From Euglena gracilis (Eukaryota): a DNA stretch of 64,000 nucleotides. Below are positions 1 through 12,149 of the stretch, piece by piece. The stretch is from NCBI GenBank assembly GCA_039621445.1, contig CP154954.1:39393816-39457815 (forward strand), given 5' to 3'. Each line of letters opens with the position of its first letter. Positions within the stretch are counted from its first letter, which is position 1. The position numbers were made by a program, and so were the translations under genes. The notes below the pieces were generated by a model. The model saw only the letters and a program-made list of their open reading frames with translations. It ran no database searches and was not told where the DNA came from.

Positions 1-3000
1 GAACCACAGAACCAGGACACTGACTGGGACTGGTGGTCGAACTTTGCTTACGAAACTGGACAGGTGACCCAGGAATTTCAACAGTTCAGACACAAAACTG
101 AACAGACGAACCAGCAAACGGCAGAAACACTGCAGCAGCTACAGCAAAAAACGACGGAATGGGTCAGCGAACTGCACGCAACAGTCAACAGACAGGCTGA
201 AGCACTCCTGACAGAAATCAACGGCAGACACGAAGAACTGACAACAGTCCTCGCAACAACGCAAGCGAACATGGAACTGGTGACAGTGAACCAGAACAAC
301 CTGTACCAGGAACATTTCAACGGAATGTCACAGCAGATCGCGGAAATCAGGGAAATGTCTGGCTCAACGGGCGAAAAACTCAGGGAATTTCACAGTTTTC
401 TGCAGATGGCTGGTGGAAATGCACAGAACCAGGGTGAACATCTGGTTGGTTTACTGCACCGACAGCGAGAAAACGAAAAAAACAACTGCAGAACTGCAAC
501 AGAGAACGGCTGTGGCAGAAGAACGGGTTGCAGGAATCACAGGCGGCGTCCAAGCGGTGAACAGCAAAGTGGACGAAACTGTGGCAACAGTTTTCAGAAA
601 GGTTGAAAACCTCAGAGGCGAAATCAGCAGTGTGGTGGAAAGAATTCAGAAGGACATGGGCAGTGAAATCGGAAATCTAGCAGGACGGGTTCATCAGCAG
701 GAAACAAAAACAACAACAACCATTCAAAACTGTGATTACCTGCACAAAAAAATGGTCGAACTGCAGAAAATACCAGATCAGCAACAGCAGGTTACACAGC
801 TGAACGAGGAAATCGGCAGACTGAAACGACAGGTGGAAAACCTGACCTCCAACGAAGAAAAACACAAGCAACGCACTGAACGACTGAACCTGGAGGTCGG
901 CAGCCTGGGTCACAAGGTGGACGAAACAGCCCAAACGACTCAAAAACTGCTGGGTGGACTGCAGAAAGGTGCCATTAAGACGGGAACACATGCCACAGCG
1001 GAACAAGCTAAATGGCTGGAAATGACATCTGCCACTAGCTCAATGACAACCAGGGTCGGTCAAATGGAAGCAAAACTGGCTGGTCTGACAAAAAAAAACG
1101 GCAGAACGGGAAACGCATGACAACAGCATCCCGCAGCACTTACATGCTCTGACCACGGAACTGCAAACACAGCAGAAACGGTGGACAGAACAGTTGGTGA
1201 CCCTGGACAGAAAACACAGCACAGTGACAAAAACGACTGAGTACCTGACCGGAAAACTGGAAAGGGAAAACACCCAGCAAATCACAAACCCCAGCCCTAG
1301 CCTGGCTGAAATACCCAACCTTTTTGAAAATTTAAGCATTTCTTCTCGCCCAGCCTGCACAGGGGCCTTCGGGCCGGAGACAGGGGCCGGCCCCCTGGCC
1401 AGTGGGCCTCCCGCGAGGACCCAGGCTGGACAGCCAGGGGAAGCCACGACAGCCCAACGAACGGAACAGCCCACCCAGGGGACAGACAGGGCCGCGGGCC
1501 AACGGGGATCAGGGACCGCACAACCCCAGAACCTGCCGCCAGCCCCGAGGGGCCAGCCCACTGGGCAGGGACCCCACAACCCCTGGCCCAGCCACCGCCA
1601 GCCCTGAGGGGCCAGACCGTAGGAAGCCAAAGGACGGGGACCCCAGAACCCCAGGCCTGTCAAACCAGGGCGGGGACCCCACAACCTCTCACAGGTACGT
1701 TCAGCCAGAGCAGCCAGCACTGGGGGGCTGAAACACCACACCCAAAAATGGAAGGAGTAGCTGCAACACTGGGGACCGTTAACTCGGCTTCCATGGTGGG
1801 GCAGCTCATCCAGCAAAGAAAAAAAGACTGCCTTGACACCTTTAATTGCCCAACTGACTCGACAAACGGAACAACGACCGACTGCAGTGCCGACCAGCCC
1901 AGCACTCCCGACGAACACGACAAGCCCTGCACCACAGCCAACCCAGCCGACGCAGCAGACTCAACAGCCAGTGACGACACAACAAAACCCACAGTTCCGG
2001 ACTCGGGGCTTGTTCATGTGGGCAGACGAAACAGAAACTCAGAAAACAGCCACAACAACCTGGGTGGGACCCCAGGTGGGGTCTACCCAAACTGCCATCC
2101 ATCACATAGGAGAGGAAACAGTGGTGGCACCCGTTGCAACGGCCCCGACGGCACCCTTCGGGCTGCTGCTGGGTCCAGTGCGCGCGGCAATGACAAAAAA
2201 CCTGGTAAGACCAACACTGCAGGGGAATTTCGTAGATTTTGCCGTGAAATTTCCAATGCACCTGCAACGTGTGTCAGCCAGTCAGGGGTCCCTGACTGAT
2301 GACCTGAAACTGTCACTGCTGGAGAGCAGCCTGGACAGTGCCAGTAAACTGGAACTACAACGCAGACAGGAACGCGGTGAGAAAATAAAATTCCAGGAAT
2401 TTTGGAACTGGGTGTGCCAGAAATACGGTGGAGACACGCAATCAGCCATCAAAGACGAACTGAAAAACCTGAGACCAAAAACGGAAGGAAAACTTACACT
2501 GGAAGCGTGGAGGGAGTTTGATGCCCATTTCAAACTCCTCTACAGCAGGCTGGAAAATCCATCAGAGGAAGACGCTTACAGCCCGGTGGCTGAAAAAAAT
2601 GCCTGAAACACAACGCAGAAGCTGCATCAGGGAACAGGACCGCAGAAATCAGGACAGACCAACACTGAAACCGAAAGGGGTCACGAACATTACGATCCCA
2701 GATGCAACGACGGAAGCCGTTCGTGACCTGGTGGCAGCAACTGTGGGTACAGGTGAGAATTTTCAGGTGGCACGAGACGGACAAAACTTCAGAATCCATC
2801 TGCACAGCAGCAGAGCTGCTGAACTGCTCCTGATGAAAAACGGTTCAACGCTGCTGACTGGACACAAACCACACTTCACACAGGTGCAAGCCAGACTGAC
2901 TCTGGACGAACTGTTCGAACGGGTGGAAACTGAACTCAGGTGCCAACAACAGTCAGACTCCCTAGGTAAAGGGTACAACGGCTGGCAGAACCAACCTCGT

Positions 3001-3567
3001 GAAAACAGATCACGGTCGATGGACCGCAGGGGTAACGTTAGGGAAGTCAAGGAGGAGGAAAAAACAAAATCCAGAAGTCGGACACCACCTTCCAGATCCC
3101 GACCCAACTCCCCTGGACCTCGAACCACAACACCTGAAAAAACAAGACCCCCCTCTCCACGCCAGCAGGTGCCCATGGCAGTTTCAGAACAGCCTGGCCA
3201 GGGACGATACACCAACTGGTAACACTGGAGACAGAACGACTAAGGCAAAGGCAAAGGAAAGAAGAAATGTCAAAACTGGGGTTCAACCCAAAACTGGAAC
3301 CAGAACCAGAACTTGAATCAGAATTACGGCAAGGGCTACGATTCCGGAAAGGGATACAACTCTGGGAAAGGATACGATTCTGGGAAAGGGAGCGGGAAAG
3401 GAAAAGGTACAGGGCAGCCACAGCCACAGCCAGCAGTAACGAAAACTGAACCACAGCCACAACAAACCAATTCACAGGGGCCAGCCAACCAGCCACGGGG
3501 ACAGCCAAAGGCAGAAGCAGCCTCCAGCAATCGCTGGCACCCAGTTCAAAACGCAGAACGGAAGTGA
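1..3567 (+). pseudogene. Gag-like region of the Gypsy element: long coiled coil (1-1300), Pro/Gln/Thr linker, helical core (about 2000-2980), RS- and GKG-rich tail
   Basis: Frameshifted ORFs 64-606, 413-1120, 1194-1607, 1833-2606, 2518-3222, 3313-3567; three of them have homologous peptides in the second copy at 9960-12050; lies upstream of pol; no clear CCHC knuckle seen. Confidence 0.6.
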
Positions 3568-3789
3568 AGGGGCTGCTGCCTGAGGGTAGGGGACGAGAGT
3601 GGCGACTCTCTGCAGACACAACCGAAACAACTAGACAAAACAAGGGAACCAGGTCCAGAGCCGCAGCGGTCATACACACTGGTTAAAAAAAAAAAAAAAA
3701 AACCTCAAAAGAAAAACATCCTGACAAAAAAACGACTCCACAGCCCAGGACCGAAAAGGGAACAGGTCAGCTGCAGGTTCGGCAGAGCG

Positions 3790-4230
3790 GCTTCACGGTG
3801 GGTGTCTGAAAACTACCACGTGAAGGAAGATAAAATGACGGAAATTCTCTCACACTTCGGAGTCCAGCCCCAGCTGGATGCCTTTGCAACGGAAAAAAAC
3901 AAAAGGTTCTCGCAATGGTGGCATCGGGCAGCCCTGAGGCCACAGACGCATTTGAGAAAGACTGGCACGGAAAACTGCTGTGGATGAACTCCCCATTCAG
4001 CAAAATTTCACAGGTGGTGAGAAAAATTCAAACAGACGAGGCCCATGCACTCCTAATGGTACCCAGATGGGTTCACAGAAAGTGGTACGGAGAAATCAAA
4101 AAACTGGCAGTGATGTCAATGTTCATTTCAGCGAAAACAGAACTGTTCGGACAGGGTGACAAGAAAAGCAGGGAAATACCGTGGCCCGTGGAAGTGTTTT
4201 TGGTATGCGGACACAAAACACGGTGCAAGT
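3790..4230 (+). pseudogene. Dam-like N6-adenine DNA methyltransferase domain (DIRS-MT type) inside the Gypsy element
   Basis: YHV...PQLDAFATEKNKRF(frameshift about 3920)...DAFEKDWHGKLLWMNSPFSKISQVVRKIQTDEAHALLMVPRWVHRKWY; NSPF at 3987-3998 is one base from the NPPF catalytic motif; same layout as the DIRS MT at 19600-20030. Confidence 0.85.
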
Positions 4231-4445
4231 ACCTACCAGGTTTCCACAAACATTTCACCCCCCTACACCCGACATCCAAGGTGAGGTTCGGCACAGCCAA
4301 CGAGTACCCGCCAGTGGAGGACGAGGTGGAGGGTGGTGAACAAAAAACCGGTTTGGCAACTGAAAAACCACAGAAACACATCAGAAAAGTGCAGGAGGCA
4401 GCCACAGCGACACCAGAACGGGCCACAGCAGAAAAACTGAAACCG

Positions 4446-5030
4446 AAAATGCTGGACCTGTTCTGTGGAACAAAGTCAGTCAGCAAGGTGTATGAAGAAA
4501 TGGGTTTCGAGGTGGTGACAGTGGATTCAGACCCCAGGTGGAAAGCGGATTACCAGGTGGACGTACTGGACTGGGACTTCAGGAAACATTTCAAACCTGG
4601 TGACTTTCACACGGTGGTGTGTGGGGTTCCCTGCACAGAATTCAGCATTGCCCTGACGACAAGACCCAGAAACCTGGAAAAAGGAGACAGCCTTGCAAAG
4701 AAAGCCCTGGAAATTGTGGAATTTCCGCAGCCGCAAAAATGGTTGTTGGAAAACCCAAGGTACGGATACCTGAGAAAACGAGATGACATGAAACCGTACC
4801 CGTACGTTGACGTGGATTACTGTCAATACACTGACTTGGGTTACAAAAAACCAACACGAATCTGGGGCAGCCCTGACATCCTGCAGGTACCAGCAAAACG
4901 GTGTGACGGAAAAACCTGCAAAAACCTGGGCCCGAACGGTGGTGGTCACCTGGTGAAACTCAGCAACAAACACAACATCCCAGCCTTCAAAAAAATTCAG
5001 GATCCCAGACAAACTGATTCAGGACCTGGC
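4446..5030 (+). CDS. C5-cytosine DNA methyltransferase domain (compact Dcm-like type) inside the Gypsy element
   Basis: Motif I MLDLFCGTKS (4449), motif IV with catalytic PC (VPCTEFS, 4629-4634), motif VI LLENP (4749-4757), VDYCQY..GYKKPTRIW, C-terminal FRIPDKLIQDL after a poly-A frameshift about 4995; same ORF (3915-5348) as the Dam-like domain. Confidence 0.9.
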
Positions 5031-5289
5031 GGGGTTCCACGAACTACGGCAAACCAGCCAAGCCCAGGCCGCGCAGCAACCACCGCTGCAGCAGCCCAGC
5101 CCTGCCCAGACTGCACGACAAAACATGCTCTCACAGCCCAGACCAGAACCCGACAGGTCAACAGCCAAACCCAGATTCAACTGACAAAACAGACCCAGAC
5201 CAAAACATTCGGCTTCAAAAACGACTGTGTGAACCGGTGTCCAAACTCCTGCTGGGGCAGGCCATCAGCAGAAAAAAAGCAAAACAACT

Positions 5290-5630
5290 CCTCATCGAAG
5301 TCCGTGCTGTTTTGCCAGACGGCAAAAAAATGTTCCTACAGGCCCTGATTGACACGGGAGCACAGGCAAACCTGGTGGAAAAGAACCTGATTCCCCAACA
5401 AAACTTCAGTCGTTCACAAAAACCCCTGGCCATGATCACAGCGGACGGAACAAGGATGGAAGAAGGACTACACGAAGTCACAGTGGAACTGCAGTTTTCA
5501 TCAAGGGTGCACAACACGGACAGGACAAGGGAGTGTTCCACCATTGGAACATTCCATGATGCCGACATCTAAGTGGTTGCCATCCTCGGGTATCCGTGGA
5601 TGGAACAACACCAACTGGGGGTTTTCCCAC
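5290..5630 (+). pseudogene. Retroviral-type aspartic protease
   Basis: ALIDTGAQANL (DTG at 5351-5359) and AILGYPWM; stop at 5570-5572. Confidence 0.9.
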
Positions 5631-5989
5631 ACCTACAATCACTAGCCCTCATAGGTGAACCCCTGCGGCAGCTGTCCAGTTGGCACCAGCTGAAGGAACA
5701 AAAACACAGGGAACCTAAAATACACCAAATTCAGAAAAACATTTCGGCAGTGCGGGCAATGAATTTTCAGATTCCTGCTTAAGAGGGCCAGGACGAGGAA
5801 AGACTGTTCGAAGACGAAACAGCACTGGAAACACTGGATAAAAAACTTCAGAAATTGGCAAAGAAATCTGACAGGGTACACCGTGTTGTGGTGCTGCCAG
5901 AAGGACATGAAACACAAGGTGAAAAGGTGGCTGAACTGGTGAAAAACCTGCGGCAGGACTATGAAGGAGTGGTCTTGCAAGACAAAATC

Positions 5990-6760
5990 TACCCAGACCC
6001 CCCAGAACGCGGACCACTGGGATTTGGAAAGATTGAGCTGAAACCTGGAACAGTGGCAAAAAAGCAAAGACCCATCCACATGACAGGAGAACGCACTCAT
6101 CGACATGGTGGACGAATGGGTTAGGGACCTGAAAGTGGAAGACGGGAGGAGTGACTGGTCCAGCCCCACGTTTGCGGTGGCCAAAAAAGGTGGAAAATGG
6201 AGAGGCGTGGTGGATTTCAGAGCACTGAACGAGACAACAATCACAGATGCCCATCCCCTGCCTGGGATAGAAGACATCCTAGTTCAACAAGGACAACGGG
6301 CCATGTATAGTGTACTGGACCTCATAGACGCATTCCATCAGGTGCCACTGAGAACAGAGTCCAGACCCTACACCTGCTGCAGCACACCTAAGGCAACAAA
6401 ACAGTGGAGAGTGGTGTTCATGGGAATGAAAAACGGTGTACCGATTTTCCAGAGGGTGGTTGAGTACAGCCTGGAGGAGGTACAGGACATTGCAAACCCC
6501 TACGTGGACGACATAATCGTAGGAACCGTATGGCAGGGGTCAGAAGACAAAACCCTCGAACAACACGACAAGGACATCAGAAGGGTGATGGAGGCACTGG
6601 AAAAACAGTAACACCGTGGCAGACATCAAGAAATGCAATTTTTTCGTGAAAGAGGTTGAACTCTGTGGACATTTGCTGGGTGGTTGACAACGAAAACCAG
6701 CACCTGGAAAACTGAGGGCCTTGTAAAAATGAAAGGAACCAAAAAGGGTCACAGCCCTAC
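5990..6760 (+). pseudogene. Reverse transcriptase (Gypsy)
   Basis: WSSPTFAVAKK..KWRGVVDFRALN, LDLIDAFHQVPL, MGMKNGV.IFQR, YVDD at 6501-6512. Confidence 0.95.
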
Positions 6761-6969
6761 GGGCATTCCTGGGATTCACAAACTATTATGCCTCATACAC
6801 TCCAGGGTACGCGGAATTGGCTGCAGGCCTGATGGAAAAACTGAAAGTGAAAAAGGGACAGGGAAAGAAAGGAAGCCTGACACCTGTGTTTTTCGGTGAA
6901 AAGGAACGAACAGCTTTTCAGACCATCAAAGAAAAACTGCTCAGAAGCCCCAATCTGCAAACGGTGAAC

Positions 6970-7400
6970 TCAGACAAACCGTTCATACTCAGGGTGGTTG
7001 CAAGTGGCAGAGCCGTAGGTGCGGCTCTGGAACAATTTGGGGAGGACACTCCAGAAAAACCAGAACCAACAACAGCCATGACCAAAAAAACAGTACCCGT
7101 AGCTTTCTGTTCACGAAAGCTGACACCTGGGCAGGTTCGCTCGTGGTCTCCTAGGGAGAAGGAGACCTACGCAGTGATCCTGGCCCTGCAAAAATGGGCT
7201 TCCTGGATAGGAATGCAACCGGTACTGGTGTTGACGGACCACAAGTGCATTGAGGCATGGGCAACGGAGGTTCTGGACACCCCCAGTGGACCAGCTGGAC
7301 GTAGGGCTAGGTGGCACGAACTGCTTTCGCAGTTCGACATAACCGTAGCATACGTACCTGGCAAAGGCAACACGGTCGCCGATGCCTTGAGTAGGTGGGC
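6970..7400 (+). pseudogene. RNase H (Gypsy)
   Basis: FILRVVASG (first Asp lost), PVAFCSRKL, REKETYA, LTDH, NTVADALSR. Confidence 0.9.
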
Positions 7401-8149
7401 GTACCCCGCCACACAGGCATTCGCCGACGTGAGTATCCACGGGAGTGAGGAGGACGACCGACTCATGAAAGAAATCATCAAACAGGAGGAAAAGGAACAG
7501 AAAACGTGTATGGTGATCAACGTGGCAGACCTGGCACAGGCACAAAAACAACTTCAAAAACCCGTCACTGTGGCAGTCACAACAAGGGGGGGAGCCAAAA
7601 CGGGTGAAGATTCGCCCACAGTGCCTGGTTCAAAGGAAAACGGTGACACCCCTCAAAAAATTCAAAAACACCACAAAAACCTGCAAAAACGTCAAAGAAG
7701 TGGGTTGTGAAGGAAGCGACTGTGGTGGAACCCAGCAAAAAACTGCAGAAGCAACCCCAAGGGAGACCACGGATGAGGCAGGAAACCTGATCCGACCAGA
7801 CCAACCAAAAAAAAAAACCCAGAAAATCCAAACACGGCCGAGGGACCATCCACTGAGGAATACCCACCAAGGCGAAGACCCCTGGAAGAGGACCCTGTGG
7901 AACCCCTAACAACAAACGACTCAACAAAACAAAAGGACGCGCAAGGTGCGTCATCCTCAACGGGGACACCCGTTGGACCTCCATCAAGCGGAGTGCACGC
8001 CCCGGAGCTTCAACAGGGGGAACCGAAAGGGGTGATGGACAGGGAATGGAAGAACGAGTACGAAAGTTGCCCAAGGTGGGGACCTGTGCTCAAGGACCTG
8101 AAGGAAACGGGGTTCAAAAACTGGCCTGACGGGTACCGATTCGACAACC

Positions 8150-9220
8150 GCAGGCTCTTCAAAAACGGTCTCCTGTGTGTACCAAGCGGGTTGACTGGAA
8201 ACGTAATTCGGGAACATCACGAAACAGCCGGGCACCCAGGGTCAGCCCAACTTTGGGACCAGATGGGAAGGTGGTTTGTGTTTGCGGACCACCAGGATGC
8301 AAAAAAACTGACAGGCAAAATTATGACCATGTGTGAAACCTGCCAAGCAACAGAACCCAGCCACCTACCATGCAAGTGCCCCATTGAACCGACACCGATT
8401 CATGCACACCTCATGGACAGTGTTGCTATCGTTCTGTTCTCTCTACCTGAAACGACCTTTGAAGGGAAAAAATATGACACGTTGGCGTTGTGTGTGGACA
8501 GGCTGAGTGGGTGGATGGTTGCAACCCCCCACCTGGCCAAGGGACTCGCAGCGGAAAAGGTTGGAAAGGAAATGTACAAACAGTGGGTAATTTTTGGGAT
8601 ACCCTCGGTGGTGAGCTCCGACCGTGGCTCCCAATTGACAGCCGGTTGGTGAAAACATTGTGCACTGTACGTATCCGTGTGGCGTACGGGCAGGCATACC
8701 ACCACCAAGCCAACTGACGGGTTGAAGTAGCGGGTCAACAAGTCCTCCGAAAACTGGCAAAACTGGCTGCTGAAAAAGGGGTACCCTGGGTTGAACTCCT
8801 ACCGAACGCCTTGAAGGCCCTACACGACGTCCAAGGTGAAACGGGACTGTCACCGTACGAAATTGTGTTTGGCAGGCACAGACCGTTGGCGGGATTGCCA
8901 TATCAACCACAAAGGGAAGCGGAAGGGGCCACAGCGTTCTTGGGAAGGATGAAAGAACAAGACCAGTGGGTGAGCCTGGCCCTGAACGAAAAACAGCGTG
9001 AACGGGCTGAAACGGTGAACAGAAAACGCAGAGAACCACCTGCCTTGGAAATCGGCTCGAAAGTCTGGTATCAACCCGAAAGAAAACCTGGCACCGACAA
9101 ACTCGAACCGAAGTGGAAAGGACCTGCGGTGGTGTTGGAACGGGTAGGACAACACTCCTAGGTGGTTGAACTACGACCTGGAAACCGACAACCTGTCCAC
9201 CGTTCACAACTCAAACCCCA
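8150..9220 (+). pseudogene. Integrase (HHCC zinc finger, DDE core, GPY/F-like tail)
   Basis: HHETAGHPG...CETCQ, VDRLSG, SDRGSQL, YHHQAN, TGLSPYEIVFG, KLEPKWKGP; stops at 8650 and 9159. Confidence 0.92.
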
Positions 9221-9299
9221 CGTGGGAGACCACTACAACAAAACCCCTGTCCCCCTCTACTTTTGGTCGGGCAAAGCACAGGAGTTGGAGGTTGGCCCA

Positions 9300-9440
9300 G
9301 ATAAATGGGAGGTTGACAAAGTGCTGAACCACCGCAGAAAAGACGGAAAACTTCAATTTTTGATTCAGTGGAAAAACTGGGACCCGTCTGACACTCAGTG
9401 GGAACCCTTGAACCACTTCTTCCTCCGAACCAACAAAGAT
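9300..9440 (+). CDS. Chromodomain at the integrase C-terminus
   Basis: KWEVDKVLNHRRKDGKLQFLIQWKNWDPSDTQWEPLNH; aromatic cage positions present. Confidence 0.9.
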
Positions 9441-9959
9441 GTGGTCCAATATTGTAAGAAACAGGACCTGGCTGTGGATGTGAGAGAGTTGCTTGATGGG
9501 ATGGAGTGACGCATGTCGCAAAGCCCAGCGCTCTGTCACAGATGCCGACACGTCGCCACCCCCAACAACCCCGTCGCCAACCCCAACCCTACCACCCCCA
9601 CCAACCTCGACAAGCCCCCTTCACCATCCCCACCATACTACCCCCACCCCTACGTGCCCTTGAGGCCCAACTTCCTTCCCCCCTGTGCCTCCGAACATCA
9701 ACACCAACGCAAACGAGGCCACCCCCACCACCATACCGCCCCCACCTCCATACCAACCCCCAACGACAACCCTCACCACAACACCCTCAAGAGCCCCCAC
9801 AGCCACCCCCACAGCGGAGCCCCAGCCCGAACCCCCCACAGCCGGAGCCACCGAGCCCTCCGCGGAGGCGGAGACGCTCAGGCTGCTCCAGCCCGGACAG
9901 TTTACGGGGGGTATCGCTGCCCCTGGACAGCCCCCCAGCAACACCCCCCCGCAGTCCAC

Positions 9960-12050
9960 GAATATCCCCCCTTTGTCGCTGGATCTGGATCGGTGTTCTC
10001 GTGGCTGCTCCGCTACTCCCCGTAATTCCGTCGGAACGTGTCAGGTTGTTTCTGACATCTCAGTTCTGTTTCCACCTTTGCAAAAAAATTTTCCAGGGAG
10101 AGCTTTGTATGTACCACCATGAATCTGAATTGCTGTCCTGGGGCCAGGGCTGTGCCTTTTTTCATCATCAGCAGCTGGGATGCTCTGCTGCTTTCCAGGC
10201 TAGTGATGAAATCAGTTCCATCGGCTGTCACAAGGAACCTTTCGTCAGCCCCAAGTGTGGCTGGCACCAGCCCCTTCAAATTCAGGGTGGGTCTGTCTTG
10301 GTTCCTTCTTTATTGTTCTCGAATGCAGTTTCATCGCATCATTTCAGGCATCCATTCAGCGAATAATCCGTATGAATTGTCTGCGAAGGGGTGTTCGAAC
10401 AAACTTTAGAGCAGTTTGAAGCGTGCTTCAAACACCCTCCGTGCCCCCAGAGTCAGTTTTCCATCGCACCTGGGTTTCTGGTTTTTCAGCTCCTTCTTTA
10501 TTGCCAGCTGGGTGTCCCTTCCTACTTTCGGCAGAGACAATTCCAAAATTCCTGACACCTGGTTTTTTCTCCCCGTTCTTGTCGTCTCTGGAGCTCCAGC
10601 CGGCCCGTCTCGTCAAGGCTTCCCTCCAAAATTGTTAGTTTCCTGTCATCTATGAGGTGTCCTTTCCGGCTGACAATAGGTTCAGGTAAACGGGGAATTT
10701 AACATAAAAACCTGAAACAATTTCACTGGAGGAGCGGTCTGACCAAGTCTTTTGCCAGGTCTGCACCCACTGGTCCCATCAGCAGCCCAATGGATGGGTC
10801 ATCCTGTGCTGCAACTGGGGCGACAACCGATTCTTTACCCACATGAAAAATAAGTGTGTATGTGCTGCCGAGTTGGGGACCTGTGTTTTGTGGTCCTGGG
10901 TTTTCTTCTGTCACCCATGTGAACACATCCCGCGTTCGCGGCTGTGAGATCTGGCTAGGTCCCGTGTTTTCCCGTTGCTGAAACTGCTGTTGCATCATGT
11001 TTTGACTTCAAACAACAGTTCCCTCTACAGTCGCTGCTGGTGATCCAGCATTGGGTACGTCGGTTTCGGTCGGAGTTGAAATGGTTGGGAGTCGGCTGAA
11101 AGTTCAAACACAGGTTGGAGTTCGGGGTGATGGGTCTTTGACACGGTGTGGTCCTGTCTGATTGAAAGTTAATAAATTCTTCTTGAAAAGTTTGCACCAT
11201 TACTTTTTTATGTCAGAGTCCCAACCCACACGTGGCACAGGTTCGCGGGGTCCTTGGGTTCCCTTACAAAGCTGTCCTTGAGGCACTCAGGTCCCCTCCC
11301 TGGGCTGTGTTAGGGGATATTGGGGCCGTTGGGGTCACTGGCTGTGGTGCTGAAGCTGCTGGGAGTGGGGCCGGGGTCGCTAGCTGGGCCCCATCGGTTC
11401 TGCCCAAGCCTTCGGCTGGGGACCAGATTCCAGCTCCTGCCGTGGTGGCTGTGGCTAGGCGGCTTTGCTGCCTTGCTGCAGCAGCTGGCTGGGGTTCTTG
11501 GGTTTGCACCGTCCCGTTTGGCGGTTCCGTTGTCCGTCCGGACACCTGGACCACTGGCCCAGTGGCTGGGGTTTCTGGGGTTTTCCCCGTCCCCTGTTGG
11601 AGCCTGTCGCTGGGAGAGCTAGAGACTGCTGAGAAAGAATAAAATTGAGGGTTTAAAAACTTTTTTTGTCTTTTGTGCCGGTTCAGTCAATTTAACCTTT
11701 TTTCGGTGGCCTCCCATTTCGTTTGCCACATTTGGTTCCGATTGTGGAACTCGGCAGTCAGCGATCTACACTGCTGCCAAATTCCAAAGTGTTGTGTTTC
11801 TTGCAGTGTTGTTCATGTGATCAGGTCTGTCAGCTGTGCCTCCAACCGTGCCACCTTGTTTACCATCTGTCCCAGTGTGGAAAACAGGTCGATCCACCTG
11901 GCCTGGTCACTGGCTTCCTGCAACCCAGTCTTGAAAACCCCCTTTTGGGTTTTCTTCAGTGCCATCCGGAAGGTCTGAGCAAATTCCTCAAGTTTGTGCC
12001 CTAGCCCGGTCATTTGGTGGTTCACACGGTCAAATCTTCTTTTGTTGTCA
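9960..12050 (-). mobile_element. Inverted, decayed gag-region fragment of a related Gypsy element
   Basis: Minus-strand peptides align by eye with copy 1: FAKVETELRCQKQ vs FERVETELRCQQQ; GLLMGPVGADLAKDLVRPLLQ vs GLLLGPVRAAMTKNLVRPTLQ; LGHKLEE..QKGVFKTG vs LGHKVDE..QKGAIKTG. Confidence 0.85.
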
Positions 12051-12149
12051 TCTTTTGGAGCCAGGTTGTTCAAACGGCTGGTCAAAAGGGTTTGTTGTAA
12101 GGGTTTGTTGTAAGGGGGCTGGGCCGCTAACTCACAGACAGCTTCATTC

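Larger units (their letters stand above)
1..9955 (+). mobile_element. Ty3/Gypsy (chromovirus-like) LTR retrotransposon, decayed, carrying two DNA methyltransferase domains; 5' end outside window, no 3' LTR visible
   Basis: Domain order gag-like / MTases / protease (LIDTGA) / RT (YVDD) / RNase H / integrase (HHCC+DDE) / chromodomain is the Gypsy order; many in-frame stops and frameshifts; strongly A-rich plus strand. Confidence 0.92.

Noticed and set aside
3790-5030. Bacterial restriction-modification locus or contamination
   Set aside because: The MTases are embedded between gag and protease with the same A-rich codon style and decay as the retroelement; no restriction enzyme nearby
9440-9960. 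3' LTR / PPT of the Gypsy element
   Set aside because: No polypurine tract or TG...CA LTR recognised; the 5' LTR lies outside the window so no comparison is possible
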